Below, piece by piece: positions 8,512 through 18,394 of a stretch of DNA of 32,000 nucleotides. The notes beneath the pieces are model-generated. The model made no database searches, had not been told where the DNA came from, and saw nothing but the letters and a program-made list of their open reading frames with translations. The DNA comes from Candidatus Saccharimonadota bacterium (GTDB taxonomy: Bacteria; Bacteroidota; Bacteroidia; Flavobacteriales; Blattabacteriaceae), in the NCBI RefSeq assembly GCF_033372575.1, contig NZ_CP104094.1, positions 124,923-156,922 on the forward strand. Direction: 5' to 3'. Position numbers and translations under genes: made by a program. The stretch's first letter is position 1. Each line of letters begins with the position of its first letter.

Positions 8512-8526
8512 TATCCTACTTACAAT

Positions 8527-8847
8527 TTAAATATGTTTTATTTTAATAATTTTTAATTTAGTTAATATTTGTCTATGTCCAATTTTTTTTTTATATCCTT
8601 TTCTTTTTTTTTTTTTAAAAATAATAATTTTATTAGTTTTAATATGATTTATTACTATAGCTTTAATAATAAAATTTTTAATTATTGGATTTCCAATTAA
8701 TATTTTATTATTTTTATCTTTTATCAATAAAATATTATTTTTAAATTTAATAATTTTATTAATTTTATAATTTAATTTATTTAAATAAATAAATTTATTA
8801 GGAAATATTAAATATTGAATATTACCAATTTTAATTACTGCTTCCAT
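8527..8847 (-). CDS. rplU: 50S ribosomal protein L21
   Basis: 106 aa. N-terminus MEAVIKIGNIQYLIFPNKFIYLNKL, and the conserved KKKIGHRQILTKLKI (GHRQ motif). Confidence 0.85.
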   Translation of the reverse strand: MEAVIKIGNIQYLIFPNKFIYLNKLNYKINKIIKFKNNILLIKDKNNKILIGNPIIKNFIIKAIVINHIKTNKIIIFKKKKRKGYKKKIGHRQILTKLKIIKIKHI

Positions 8848-8864
8848 ATAATTATTAAATTAAT

Positions 8865-10313
8865 TTAAATATTTTTTTTAAAAAATAATGAAATATCAAA
8901 CTTTTTTTTAAAATATTTTATTAAATTTTTTATTTTACATCTTATTTGTTTCATATTATCTCTAAATCTTATTGAAACTGTTTTATTATTTAATGTAAGA
9001 AAATCAATAGTTATACAATATGGAGTACCAAATGAATCTTGAATTTTATATCTTTTTCCAATTGATTTATTTTCATCATAAATAGTAGTAAATTTATATT
9101 TTAAACTATTAAAAATATTTTTTGAAATTTTAATAATTTTATTGTTTTTTATAATTGGAAATATAGCTATTTTAATAGGAGAAATAAATTTAGGTAATTT
9201 TAAATATATTCTTTTTTTATTATTAATATTTTCTATTTTTAATGAATTAGTTAATATTGAATAAAATAATCTATCTAATCCTAAAGAGGTTTCTATAACA
9301 TATGGTATATAATTTTTTTTTGCTTTATTATCATAAAAATATAATTTTTTTTTAGATAAATTATTATGATTTTTTAAATCATAATTTTTTCTAAAATGAA
9401 TACCTTCTAATTCTTTAAATTTATTTAATATTTTAAATTCTATATCAATAGCAAATTTACAATAATGCGATAATTTGTTATGAATTTTTAATTTATATTT
9501 TTTTTTTTTATTAATTAAATAATAAAACCATTTTAATCTAGATTTTATCCAATATTTATACCATTTTTTTTCTTGACCAGGATAAAAAAAATATTGCATT
9601 TCCATTTGTTCAAATTCTCTAGTTCTAAAAATAAATTGTTTAGATATTATTTCATTTCTAAAAGATTTTCCAATTTGTGCTATTCCAAAAGGAAATTTCA
9701 ATCTATTAGATAATTTTACATTTTTAATATTTACAAAAATTCCTTGAGCTGTTTCAGGTCTTAAATAAGTATATTTTTCTTGATCATTATCAAATGAATT
9801 TAATTTTGTTTTAAACATTAAATTAATATTATTTATATTTTCCCATTTAAATAATTTAGATAAATTATATTTTTTTATTATTTTTTTTAAAAACAAATTT
9901 AATTTATTTATATTTTTATTTATTAAATAATAATTAAATATTAATTTAATTTTATTTTTATTTTTAATTTTTATTAATTTATTATCAATTATATTATTAA
10001 TTAATTGATCAATTATATAGATTTTATTATCAATATTATTTATAATAAATAATTCATTAAAGTTTTTAATATGTCCAGAAGCTTTCCATACTTTATTATT
10101 CATTAATATAGATGAGTCTATTCCAACTATATTATTTCTATATTTTACCATATAATTCCACCAAAATTTTTTAATATTATTTTTCATTTCTATTCCTTGT
10201 GGTCCATAATCATATATTGATTTTATACCATTATAAATTTCACTTGATTTAAATATAAAACCATATATTTTAGCATGATTAATTATTAATTTAAGTTTCT
10301 TATTGTAATTCAT
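8865..10313 (-). CDS. glyQS: Glycine--tRNA ligase (alpha2 dimeric GlyQS type)
   Basis: Motifs present: HAKIYGFIFKSSEIYNGIKSIYDYGPQGIEMKNNIKKFWW, YLRPETAQGIFVNI, PFGIAQIGKSFRNEI, REFEQMEMQYF, VIETSLGLDRLFY. I place the start at the ATG at 10313 (MNYNKK...) because the track ORF's first 15 codons run into tRNA-Phe. Confidence 0.9.
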   Translation of the reverse strand: MNYNKKLKLIINHAKIYGFIFKSSEIYNGIKSIYDYGPQGIEMKNNIKKFWWNYMVKYRNNIVGIDSSILMNNKVWKASGHIKNFNELFIINNIDNKIYIIDQLINNIIDNKLIKIKNKNKIKLIFNYYLINKNINKLNLFLKKIIKKYNLSKLFKWENINNINLMFKTKLNSFDNDQEKYTYLRPETAQGIFVNIKNVKLSNRLKFPFGIAQIGKSFRNEIISKQFIFRTREFEQMEMQYFFYPGQEKKWYKYWIKSRLKWFYYLINKKKKYKLKIHNKLSHYCKFAIDIEFKILNKFKELEGIHFRKNYDLKNHNNLSKKKLYFYDNKAKKNYIPYVIETSLGLDRLFYSILTNSLKIENINNKKRIYLKLPKFISPIKIAIFPIIKNNKIIKISKNIFNSLKYKFTTIYDENKSIGKRYKIQDSFGTPYCITIDFLTLNNKTVSIRFRDNMKQIRCKIKNLIKYFKKKFDISLFFKKNI

Positions 10314-10326
10314 AAATTCATAAAAA

Positions 10327-11139
<813 letters not shown>

Positions 11140-11166
11140 TAATATATATAATTATTATACTAATTA

Positions 11167-11856
11167 TTATTTTTTATTTTTTATTTTAATTATTGAATTT
11201 AATAATATTTTAAATATCAATTTTATTGCTTTTGAGGAATCATCATTTGATGGTATAGGTAAATTAACATTTTCAGGGGAAGAATCACTATCAACAATTC
11301 CAATTATATATAATGATTTTTTATTTGCTTCTTTAACTGCTATATTTTCTTTTTTTACATCTACAATAATTACTAATAAAGGAATTTGATTCATATTATA
11401 TATAGAACCAAATTTTTTATCTATTATTTTATATTTTCTTTGTATATATTTAATTTCTTTTTTTGATAAATATTTATATTTTTTTTTTATTTTATTATCT
11501 ATTTTATTAATTTTTTTTATAGATAATTTAGTAATATTAATATTAGTTAATAAACCTGCTGGCCATTTGTAGTTTATATAAGGCATATTAATTTTAAGTG
11601 CATATTTTTTAATTACCTCTTTAATTATTTTTTTAGTTCCTACAAATAATATACTACCCCCAATGTTTATACATTTTTTTAAAATTTGTTTAGCAATTTT
11701 TATATTTTTAATAAACTTAATCGGATTAAAAACGTCTATATTATTTTTTTTTAATAATATATATTTAGACATTTTAGGATGTCTATAAGTAGATTTATGA
11801 CCTAATAATATATTATATTTAAATATTTTATTTAATAATTTTTTATTTTTAATCAT
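11167..11856 (-). CDS. rpsB: 30S ribosomal protein S2
   Basis: Motifs present: LLGHKSTYRHPKMSKYIL, ILFVGTKK, WPAGLLTN, PLLVIIVDVKKENIAVKEANKKSLYIIGIVDSDSSP. I choose the ATG at 11856 (MIKNKKLL...) because the longer track ORF overlaps the end of rpsI. Confidence 0.9.
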   Translation of the reverse strand: MIKNKKLLNKIFKYNILLGHKSTYRHPKMSKYILLKKNNIDVFNPIKFIKNIKIAKQILKKCINIGGSILFVGTKKIIKEVIKKYALKINMPYINYKWPAGLLTNINITKLSIKKINKIDNKIKKKYKYLSKKEIKYIQRKYKIIDKKFGSIYNMNQIPLLVIIVDVKKENIAVKEANKKSLYIIGIVDSDSSPENVNLPIPSNDDSSKAIKLIFKILLNSIIKIKNKK

Positions 11857-11869
11857 TATTAATTTTATT

Positions 11870-12274
11870 TTAACGTTTAGAAAATTGAAATTTTTTTCTA
11901 GCTTTTTTTCTTCCATATTTTTTTCTTTCTACTATTCTTGAATCTCTAGTAAAAAGATTATTTTGTTTTAAAAGTTTTTTATATTTATTATTTATTTTAC
12001 AAATAACTCTAGAAATTGCTAAAATAATTGCTTCAGATTGTCCAGTAAATCCTCCTCCTTTAACATTTATTTTAATATTATTAAATTTATTAATTAGCTT
12101 AGTTAATAATAAAGGATATAATATTTTATATTTTATATAATTATTATTTTTAAAATAAATATTTATATCTTTATTATTAATAATAAATTTATTAATTTTA
12201 TTTTTTTTTACATTTACATATATTAAAGCTACTGATGTTTTTCTTTTTCCTATAGCATGATAATATTTAATCAT
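11870..12274 (-). CDS. rpsI: 30S ribosomal protein S9
   Basis: GKRKTSVA, GGGFTGQSEAIILAISR, and the typical C-terminus KKARKKFQFSKR. Confidence 0.9.
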   Translation of the reverse strand: MIKYYHAIGKRKTSVALIYVNVKKNKINKFIINNKDINIYFKNNNYIKYKILYPLLLTKLINKFNNIKINVKGGGFTGQSEAIILAISRVICKINNKYKKLLKQNNLFTRDSRIVERKKYGRKKARKKFQFSKR

Positions 12275-12714
12275 TATTTTAAAATTTTTATTTTTTTAAT
12301 TTTTATATTAAAATTATGATTACTATTATTAAATATAAATATATTTTTTTTAACATATTTACCTAATAAATTTTTAGGTAACATTCTATATATAGATTTT
12401 TTTATTAAAATACTAGGATTTTTTTTAAATAAATTATACATTGTATATTGTTTTTTATTTCCTATATAGCCAGTATATTTATAATATATTTTATTTTTAA
12501 ATTTATTATAATCAACTTTTATTTTTTTAGCATTTATAATAATTATTTTATTTGTAAAACTATTATTAGGTGTATATTTAGGCGAATTTTTTCCCATTAT
12601 TAATTTAATAATTTGTGAACATAATCTACCTAATATTTTATTATTAGCATCTATTAAAAATATTTTTTTTTTATTATTAAAATAATATTTAGTTTTTAAA
12701 GTTAAATACTTCAT
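12274..12714 (-). CDS. rplM: 50S ribosomal protein L13
   Basis: FLIDANNKILGRLCSQIIKLIMGKNSPKYTP, YKYTGYIG, MLPKN. Its stop overlaps the rpsI start by 1 nt (TAATG). Confidence 0.9.
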   Translation of the reverse strand: MKYLTLKTKYYFNNKKKIFLIDANNKILGRLCSQIIKLIMGKNSPKYTPNNSFTNKIIIINAKKIKVDYNKFKNKIYYKYTGYIGNKKQYTMYNLFKKNPSILIKKSIYRMLPKNLLGKYVKKNIFIFNNSNHNFNIKIKKIKILK

Positions 12715-12762
12715 AATTTTTTTTTATTTTATTAAATTATTATTAATAATAAAAATATAATT

Positions 12763-14748
12763 ATGAATAATAAAATAATAGGTATTGATTTAGGTACTAC
12801 TAATTCATGTTTAGCAGTAATGGAAGGTAATAATCCAGTAGTAATACCTAATTCTGAGGGTAAAAGAACAACTCCATCAATAGTAGCTTTTACTGAAAAT
12901 AATACAAAAAAAATAGGTGATCCAGCAAAAAGACAATCAGTAACTAATCCTAAAAATACTATTTATTCAATAAAAAGATTTATAGGAAGAAAATATGATG
13001 AAATTAAAAATGAAATAAAAAATTTCCCATATATAATTAAAAAAGGTAAATATAACACACCTTGCGTAGAAATAGATAATAAATTATATACGCCTCAAGA
13101 AATATCATCTATGATATTACAACAATTAAAAAAAAATGCTGAGGATTATTTAGGAATAAAAATTAATAAAGCAGTAATTACAGTACCTGCTTATTTTAAT
13201 GATGCACAAAGACAAGCTACAAAAGAAGCTGGTGAAATAGCAGGTTTAAAGGTTGAAAGAATTATTAATGAACCTACAGCAGCTTCATTAGCATATGGAA
13301 TCGATAAAAATAATATAAATAAAAAAATAGCAGTATATGATTTAGGTGGTGGTACATTTGATATTTCAATTTTAGAATTAGGAGATGGAGTATTTGAAGT
13401 ATTATCAACTAATGGAGATACATATTTAGGAGGTGATGATTTTGATCAAATATTAATAGATTGGTTAGTAGATGATTATTATAAAAAAGAAAAAATAAAT
13501 TTAAAAGAAGATTCAATAGCTTATCAAAGATTAAAAGAAGCGGCAGAAAAAGCAAAAATAGAATTATCATCAAGTTTACAAACTGAAATTAATTTACCAT
13601 ATATTACTTCTATAAATAAAGAACCTAAACATTTAGTAAAAAATATAACAAGATCTAAATTTGAAAAATTATCATATAATTTAATAGAAAAAACATTATT
13701 ACCTTGTAAAAAAGCATTAAAAGATGCAAAATTAAATATTAATGATATAGATGAAATTATATTAGTTGGGGGATCAACAAGAATACCTAAAATACAAGAA
13801 AAAGTAGAAGAATTCTTTAATAAAAAACCTTCAAAAGGTGTTAATCCAGATGAAGTAGTAGCTATAGGAGCAGCAATACAAGGCGGAGTATTAACAGGGG
13901 ATGTAAAAGATGTTTTATTATTAGATGTTACACCGTTATCATTAGGTATAGAAACATTAGGTGGAGTATTCACTAAATTAATAGAAGCTAATACTACTAT
14001 ACCAACTAAAAAATCTGAAATATTTTCAACAGCAACTGATAATCAATCAGTAGTTACAATAAAAGTAGGTCAAGGGGAAAGACCAATGTTTAAAGATAAT
14101 AAAGAAATAGGAAGATTTGATTTAATTAATATTCCATTAGCTCCTAGAGGAGTTCCTCAAATAGAAGTTACTTTTGATATAGATGCTAATGGTATTTTAA
14201 ATGTATCAGCAACTGACAAAGGAACAGGAAAACAACAATCAATTAAAATTCAACCATCTTCAGGTTTAAACAAAGAAGATATTGAAAAAATGAAAAAAGA
14301 AGCAGAAATAAATTTTGATAAAGATCTTAAAGTAAAAGAAGAAATAGAAAAATTAAATATGACTGATTCTTTAATATTTCAAATAGAAAAAGAATTAGAA
14401 AATAATAAGAAAAAAATATCTAAAGAAAACGTTAAAAAAATTAATGATATTTTAAATAAATTAAAATCTGCTCATGTATCAAAAGACTTTAAAGATATTG
14501 AAAAATATACTAATAAATTAAATAAAAAATGGAGTAAAATATCAAGAGATATATATAATACAACACAAGATAATACTACTGAAGATAAAACTACTGAAGA
14601 TAATACTACTGAAGATAAAACTACTGAAGATAATACTACTGAAGATAAAACTACTGAAGATAATACTACTGAAGATAAAACTACTGAAGATAATACTACT
14701 GAAGATAATACTACTGAAGATAAAACTACTGAAGATAAAACTACTTAA
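12763..14748 (+). CDS. dnaK: Molecular chaperone DnaK (Hsp70) with a repetitive C-terminal tail
   Basis: [100 protein letters not shown]. It is the most conserved and most G+C-rich CDS in the window. Confidence 0.97.
   Translation: MNNKIIGIDLGTTNSCLAVMEGNNPVVIPNSEGKRTTPSIVAFTENNTKKIGDPAKRQSVTNPKNTIYSIKRFIGRKYDEIKNEIKNFPYIIKKGKYNTPCVEIDNKLYTPQEISSMILQQLKKNAEDYLGIKINKAVITVPAYFNDAQRQATKEAGEIAGLKVERIINEPTAASLAYGIDKNNINKKIAVYDLGGGTFDISILELGDGVFEVLSTNGDTYLGGDDFDQILIDWLVDDYYKKEKINLKEDSIAYQRLKEAAEKAKIELSSSLQTEINLPYITSINKEPKHLVKNITRSKFEKLSYNLIEKTLLPCKKALKDAKLNINDIDEIILVGGSTRIPKIQEKVEEFFNKKPSKGVNPDEVVAIGAAIQGGVLTGDVKDVLLLDVTPLSLGIETLGGVFTKLIEANTTIPTKKSEIFSTATDNQSVVTIKVGQGERPMFKDNKEIGRFDLINIPLAPRGVPQIEVTFDIDANGILNVSATDKGTGKQQSIKIQPSSGLNKEDIEKMKKEAEINFDKDLKVKEEIEKLNMTDSLIFQIEKELENNKKKISKENVKKINDILNKLKSAHVSKDFKDIEKYTNKLNKKWSKISRDIYNTTQDNTTEDKTTEDNTTEDKTTEDNTTEDKTTEDNTTEDKTTEDNTTEDNTTEDKTTEDKTT
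14566..14745 (+). repeat. 12 tandem copies of a 15-bp unit (GAAGATAA[A/T]ACTACT) forming the last 60 codons of dnaK, encoding (E/Q)D(N/K)TT x12
   Basis: Read directly. Units start at 14566, 14581, 14596 ... 14731. Eleven units differ only at the third base of the AAT/AAA codon, and the first unit has CAA instead of GAA. The TAA stop follows immediately at 14746. Confidence 0.95.
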
Positions 14749-14776
14749 AATAGTCAATAAAATATAAAATTTATTT

Positions 14777-14802
14777 AAAAGCATAATTATTATTATGCTT
14801 TT
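14777..14802. terminator. Hairpin downstream of dnaK (AAAAGCATAAT-TATT-ATTATGCTTTT) followed by a T-rich stretch; a candidate intrinsic terminator between convergent dnaK and tRNA-Arg
   Basis: An 11-bp perfect stem with a 4-nt loop, starting 29 nt after the dnaK stop. The 3-prime arm ends in TTTT. The stem is mostly A/T, so stability is modest. Confidence 0.45.
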
Positions 14803-14825
14803 AAATAATTTTATTTTAAATAATA

Positions 14826-14899
14826 TAACCCCGAAAGGATTTGAACCTTTAATCTTCTGATTCGTAATCAGATATTTTATCCAATTAAACTACGGGGTT
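14826..14899 (-). tRNA. tRNA-Arg (anticodon ACG), 74 nt, no encoded CCA
   Basis: Reverse complement: AACCCCG-TA-GTTT-AATTGGATA-AAAT-A-TCTGA-TTACGAA-TCAGA-AGATT-AAAGG-TTCAAAT-CCTTT-CGGGGTT-A. Confidence 0.88.
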
Positions 14900-14956
14900 A
14901 ATAAATAATATTTTATTTAATATTTAATTTAATATTAAATAAAAAAAATAAATAAA

Positions 14957-16063
14957 TTATAATTTTTTTGAAATTATAGGAATAATATAATTTTTCCATT
15001 GTAAAAAGGTATCATTTTTTATATGATGTCTTGCTTTTTTAATTAAAGATTTATAAAAATATAAATTATTAATAGAAGCAATTAATTTAGCAGAATATTC
15101 ATTACATTTAAATAAATGTCTTAAATATGCTTTACTATATAAATTATTATATATAGTTGAAAAATCATATTTCCATTTTTTGTTTTTTATATTTATTATT
15201 CCATTCCAAGTAAATAACATTCCATTTCTACCATTTCTAGTAGGGATTACACAATCAAACATATCCACTCCTAAAGAAATAGAATTTAATATATCCCAAG
15301 GCATTCCAACACCCATTAAATATATTGGTTTATTATTAGGTAATTCATTTATTACATATTTAATAATTTTATACATTTTTTGTTTAGTTTCACCAACTTG
15401 TAAACCTCCTATAGCATATCCATCTAATTTTAATTCAGATGTTTTAATAGTATATTTAATTCTTATATCTTTATATAATCCTCCTTGTATTATACCAAAT
15501 ATATATTGATTATGATTATAAATATTTTTTATTTTATTAAAATAATATAAACATTTTATTAACCAATTATAAGATCTTTCAGTAGCAATTTTAACATAAT
15601 TTTTACTTGTATTATATATTATACATTCATCAAATGATGTTATTATATCAGACCCTATATATTTTTGTATATTAATTGATTTTTTAGGAGTAAAAAAATA
15701 ATTTTTACCATTTTTATAACTTTTTATATTAGCTCCATATTTATTAATTTTTTTAGGATTACATAATGAATATACTTGAAAACCTCCACTATCAGTAATA
15801 ATAGGATTATTCCATTTCATAAAGGAATGTAAACCTCCAGATTTATAAATTATTTTAATACCAGGTTCTATATTTAAATGAAAAGTATTACTTAATATTA
15901 TTTCAGGATTTATAATGTCTAAATATTCTTTATTTATAGTTTTTATATATCCTTTTGTTGCAATTGGCATAAAAATAGGCGTTTTTACTTTTCCATGATC
16001 AGTTAAAAAATATCCTACTTTTGCTTTTGATTTTTTATCTTTATGTAATATTTTAAAATACAT
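14957..16063 (-). CDS. tgt: Queuine tRNA-ribosyltransferase (tRNA-guanine transglycosylase)
   Basis: TPIFMPIATKG, ILSNTFHL, ITDSGGFQVYSL, FGIIQGG, GYAIGGL, YLMGVGMPWDILNSISLGVDMFDCVIPTRNGRNG, YSKAYLRHL. I choose the ATG at 16063 (MYFKILHKD...); an upstream in-frame ATG at 16096 is possible. Confidence 0.9.
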   Translation of the reverse strand: MYFKILHKDKKSKAKVGYFLTDHGKVKTPIFMPIATKGYIKTINKEYLDIINPEIILSNTFHLNIEPGIKIIYKSGGLHSFMKWNNPIITDSGGFQVYSLCNPKKINKYGANIKSYKNGKNYFFTPKKSINIQKYIGSDIITSFDECIIYNTSKNYVKIATERSYNWLIKCLYYFNKIKNIYNHNQYIFGIIQGGLYKDIRIKYTIKTSELKLDGYAIGGLQVGETKQKMYKIIKYVINELPNNKPIYLMGVGMPWDILNSISLGVDMFDCVIPTRNGRNGMLFTWNGIINIKNKKWKYDFSTIYNNLYSKAYLRHLFKCNEYSAKLIASINNLYFYKSLIKKARHHIKNDTFLQWKNYIIPIISKKL

Positions 16064-16177
16064 AATTATTAATTTTAAACATAAATTTACTAACAAAATT
16101 AAATATTATTTTAAAACATTGCAATATATTTTATATTTTATTAATTCATAAAAAATATAATTTTTTAATGAGTAAAG

Positions 16178-18394
16178 TTATTTTTTTATTTCAGCATTTA
16201 ATTTGTTTTTAAATAAATTTATTAATACTAATAATATATTGTTAATATATTTTTTTTTTTTCCCATATTTATTTTTTATAATAAAACGAAGAGTATAAGA
16301 TTTTTTATTTTTTGGTAGATTATTTTTATATATATCAAATAAATATATATTAATTAATTTATTTTTTAATTTCTTTTTAGCTAATAAATAAAAATTATTA
16401 AAATATATATTTTTATCAATAATAAATGATAAATCTTTTACAAAATATTGAAACTTATTAATTTTTTTATATTTTATATTTTTATTATTTATAATTTTAA
16501 ATAAATTATTAATATTAATTATTGCTAAATATATATTTTTATTAATATAAAAATTATTTAATTTACCAAATTTTATAATTGGTATATTTTTGTATTTAAA
16601 AATTATTTTAGTTTCAAATATTTTACTATTATATATAATTAATTTATTATATTTTTTAATTCCTACTTTTTCTATAATTAAATTTAAAATATTATATAAA
16701 TAATGTAAATTATTAAAATAATTATTATTTTTATTAGTTAATAATATTTCTATATTTTTTTTTTCTATTATTTTATTATTTTTTTTTATATAAATATTAC
16801 CTATTTCAAAAATTTTTATAGTATTAATTTTTCTATTAATATTATAAATTATATTATTCATCATATTTATAAATAAATTATTCCTTAAATAGGTTAATTT
16901 ATTAATAATTTTATCTTTAAACGAAATATAATTATTATTAATAAAATTTAAATAATAATTATTTTTTACAAATGGTGAATTAATAACTTGAAAAAAACCA
17001 TAATCTATTAATAAATTTATTATTTTATTTTCAATATTTTCAATATTTAAATAATTATTATTTATATAATTATTGTTCTTAATTAAAATATTATATTTAT
17101 TATTTTTAAATTTTATATTATTAATTCCATAAAATCTTATTATATCGTTTATTATATTAATTTTTTTATTAATATTATATTTAAATAAATTTTTATTTAT
17201 TAATATAATATATTTTTTATTATAATATTTAATTTTATAATTTAAAACTAACAAAATTTTTAATATTTTTTTTATTGAAATTTTTTTACCTATTAATTTA
17301 TTTACCTCACTAAATTTCAGTTTTATAAGATTATTATGAATTTTATAATTTTTATAATAATAAACATATTTTATATTATTTATATTATTTATATTTAAAT
17401 ATTTATTTAGAAAATATATATATATATTATATTTAGGTAATATAATAATATTATTATATAATTTAGTAATATTATTATTAATATTATATTTATTTATTAT
17501 ATATCTTATTTTATTTTTTTTATATAATGAAAATGAAATCAATAAATTTTTAGTTTTATTATTAATTTTATTTTTATTACTATTTATAATGTTTGATAAA
17601 TAAATAGGATAATTATTATAAAATAGTATTATGTTTTTATTTTTTTTTAATAAATATTTATTTTTATTTTCCGTAATGAAATTAATATTTTTATTATTTT
17701 CTTTTATTATTAAATTACTTTTACTATATTTAAAATTTATAATTTCTATCGGAATACCAATTTCTTTAATAATAATATTTTTAATATCTATAATATTATT
17801 AATAGGTTTTATATTAGACAAAACTAATTTTTTTTGAATAAAATAATTAGAATATTTAAATTTAAAATTATTTATTAAAAATGTATTATAATATATAATA
17901 TTTTTACTTTTTATTTTTAAATTTATTTTGTTTAATTTTTTAATATTAATATTTTTAATACTAATTAATTTAGTATTAATATTTTTATATTTTAAATAGG
18001 AATATAATTCTCTACTTAAATAATAATAATATGATAGATAACTAATATTATGAGTAATATTAGTATTAATAATATAATCATAATCATATTCTTTACATAC
18101 TATAAAATATTTTTTATTAATTTTTTCTACTAATATTTTAATATTCTTTTTAATATAGTGTTTATTATATATATTAAATATATCATTATTAATAGTTTTT
18201 ATTTTAATTTTATAAATATTATTAATTTTTTTAATTTTTATTATATTACCTAAAATTATATTATTATTATAATTATATTTAATAGGATAAACTTTTTTAA
18301 TAGAAATAATTTCTATTCCTATTTCATTAAATAATTTACTAATATTATAATTAAAATTAATAAATTCTTTTATCCAACTTAATAAAAATATCAT
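16178..18394 (-). CDS. pheT: Phenylalanine--tRNA ligase beta subunit (highly diverged, 738 aa)
   Basis: The N-terminus LSWIKEFINFNYNISKLFNEIGIEIISIKKV matches the typical PheT start (SxxWLKEYI...L...GxEVE). Size and domain spacing are compatible. The rest is almost pure I/K/N/Y/L. Confidence 0.75.
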   Translation of the reverse strand: MIFLLSWIKEFINFNYNISKLFNEIGIEIISIKKVYPIKYNYNNNIILGNIIKIKKINNIYKIKIKTINNDIFNIYNKHYIKKNIKILVEKINKKYFIVCKEYDYDYIINTNITHNISYLSYYYYLSRELYSYLKYKNINTKLISIKNINIKKLNKINLKIKSKNIIYYNTFLINNFKFKYSNYFIQKKLVLSNIKPINNIIDIKNIIIKEIGIPIEIINFKYSKSNLIIKENNKNINFITENKNKYLLKKNKNIILFYNNYPIYLSNIINSNKNKINNKTKNLLISFSLYKKNKIRYIINKYNINNNITKLYNNIIILPKYNIYIYFLNKYLNINNINNIKYVYYYKNYKIHNNLIKLKFSEVNKLIGKKISIKKILKILLVLNYKIKYYNKKYIILINKNLFKYNINKKINIINDIIRFYGINNIKFKNNKYNILIKNNNYINNNYLNIENIENKIINLLIDYGFFQVINSPFVKNNYYLNFINNNYISFKDKIINKLTYLRNNLFINMMNNIIYNINRKINTIKIFEIGNIYIKKNNKIIEKKNIEILLTNKNNNYFNNLHYLYNILNLIIEKVGIKKYNKLIIYNSKIFETKIIFKYKNIPIIKFGKLNNFYINKNIYLAIININNLFKIINNKNIKYKKINKFQYFVKDLSFIIDKNIYFNNFYLLAKKKLKNKLINIYLFDIYKNNLPKNKKSYTLRFIIKNKYGKKKKYINNILLVLINLFKNKLNAEIKK

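Noticed and set aside
11857-11916. Longer rpsB start at 11916 overlapping the end of rpsI
   Set aside because: The extension (MEEKKLEKNFNFLNVKIKLI) overlaps 47 nt of rpsI, including its conserved C-terminus. S2 homology starts after the ATG at 11856.
13524-13973. 149-aa ORF antisense to dnaK
   Set aside because: It lies entirely inside the best-conserved part of dnaK. Long antisense ORFs arise there because the locally higher G+C content and the codon pattern remove stop codons. The protein has no recognisable motifs.
14566-14745. Possible CRISPR-like array because of regularly spaced identical repeats
   Set aside because: The units are directly adjacent with no spacers, they are only 15 bp long, and they are in frame within dnaK. 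This is a coding minisatellite, not a CRISPR array.
14542-14784. 80-aa minus-strand ORF ([10 protein letters not shown] repeats)
   Set aside because: It is simply the reverse-complement reading of the dnaK 15-bp tandem repeat. It extends into the dnaK terminator region and has no independent support.
14911-14944. 14-bp A/T-only inverted repeat between the tgt stop and tRNA-Arg
   Set aside because: It is composed only of A and T. Palindromes of this kind are expected by chance at this base composition and would form a very weak helix. I did not call it a terminator.
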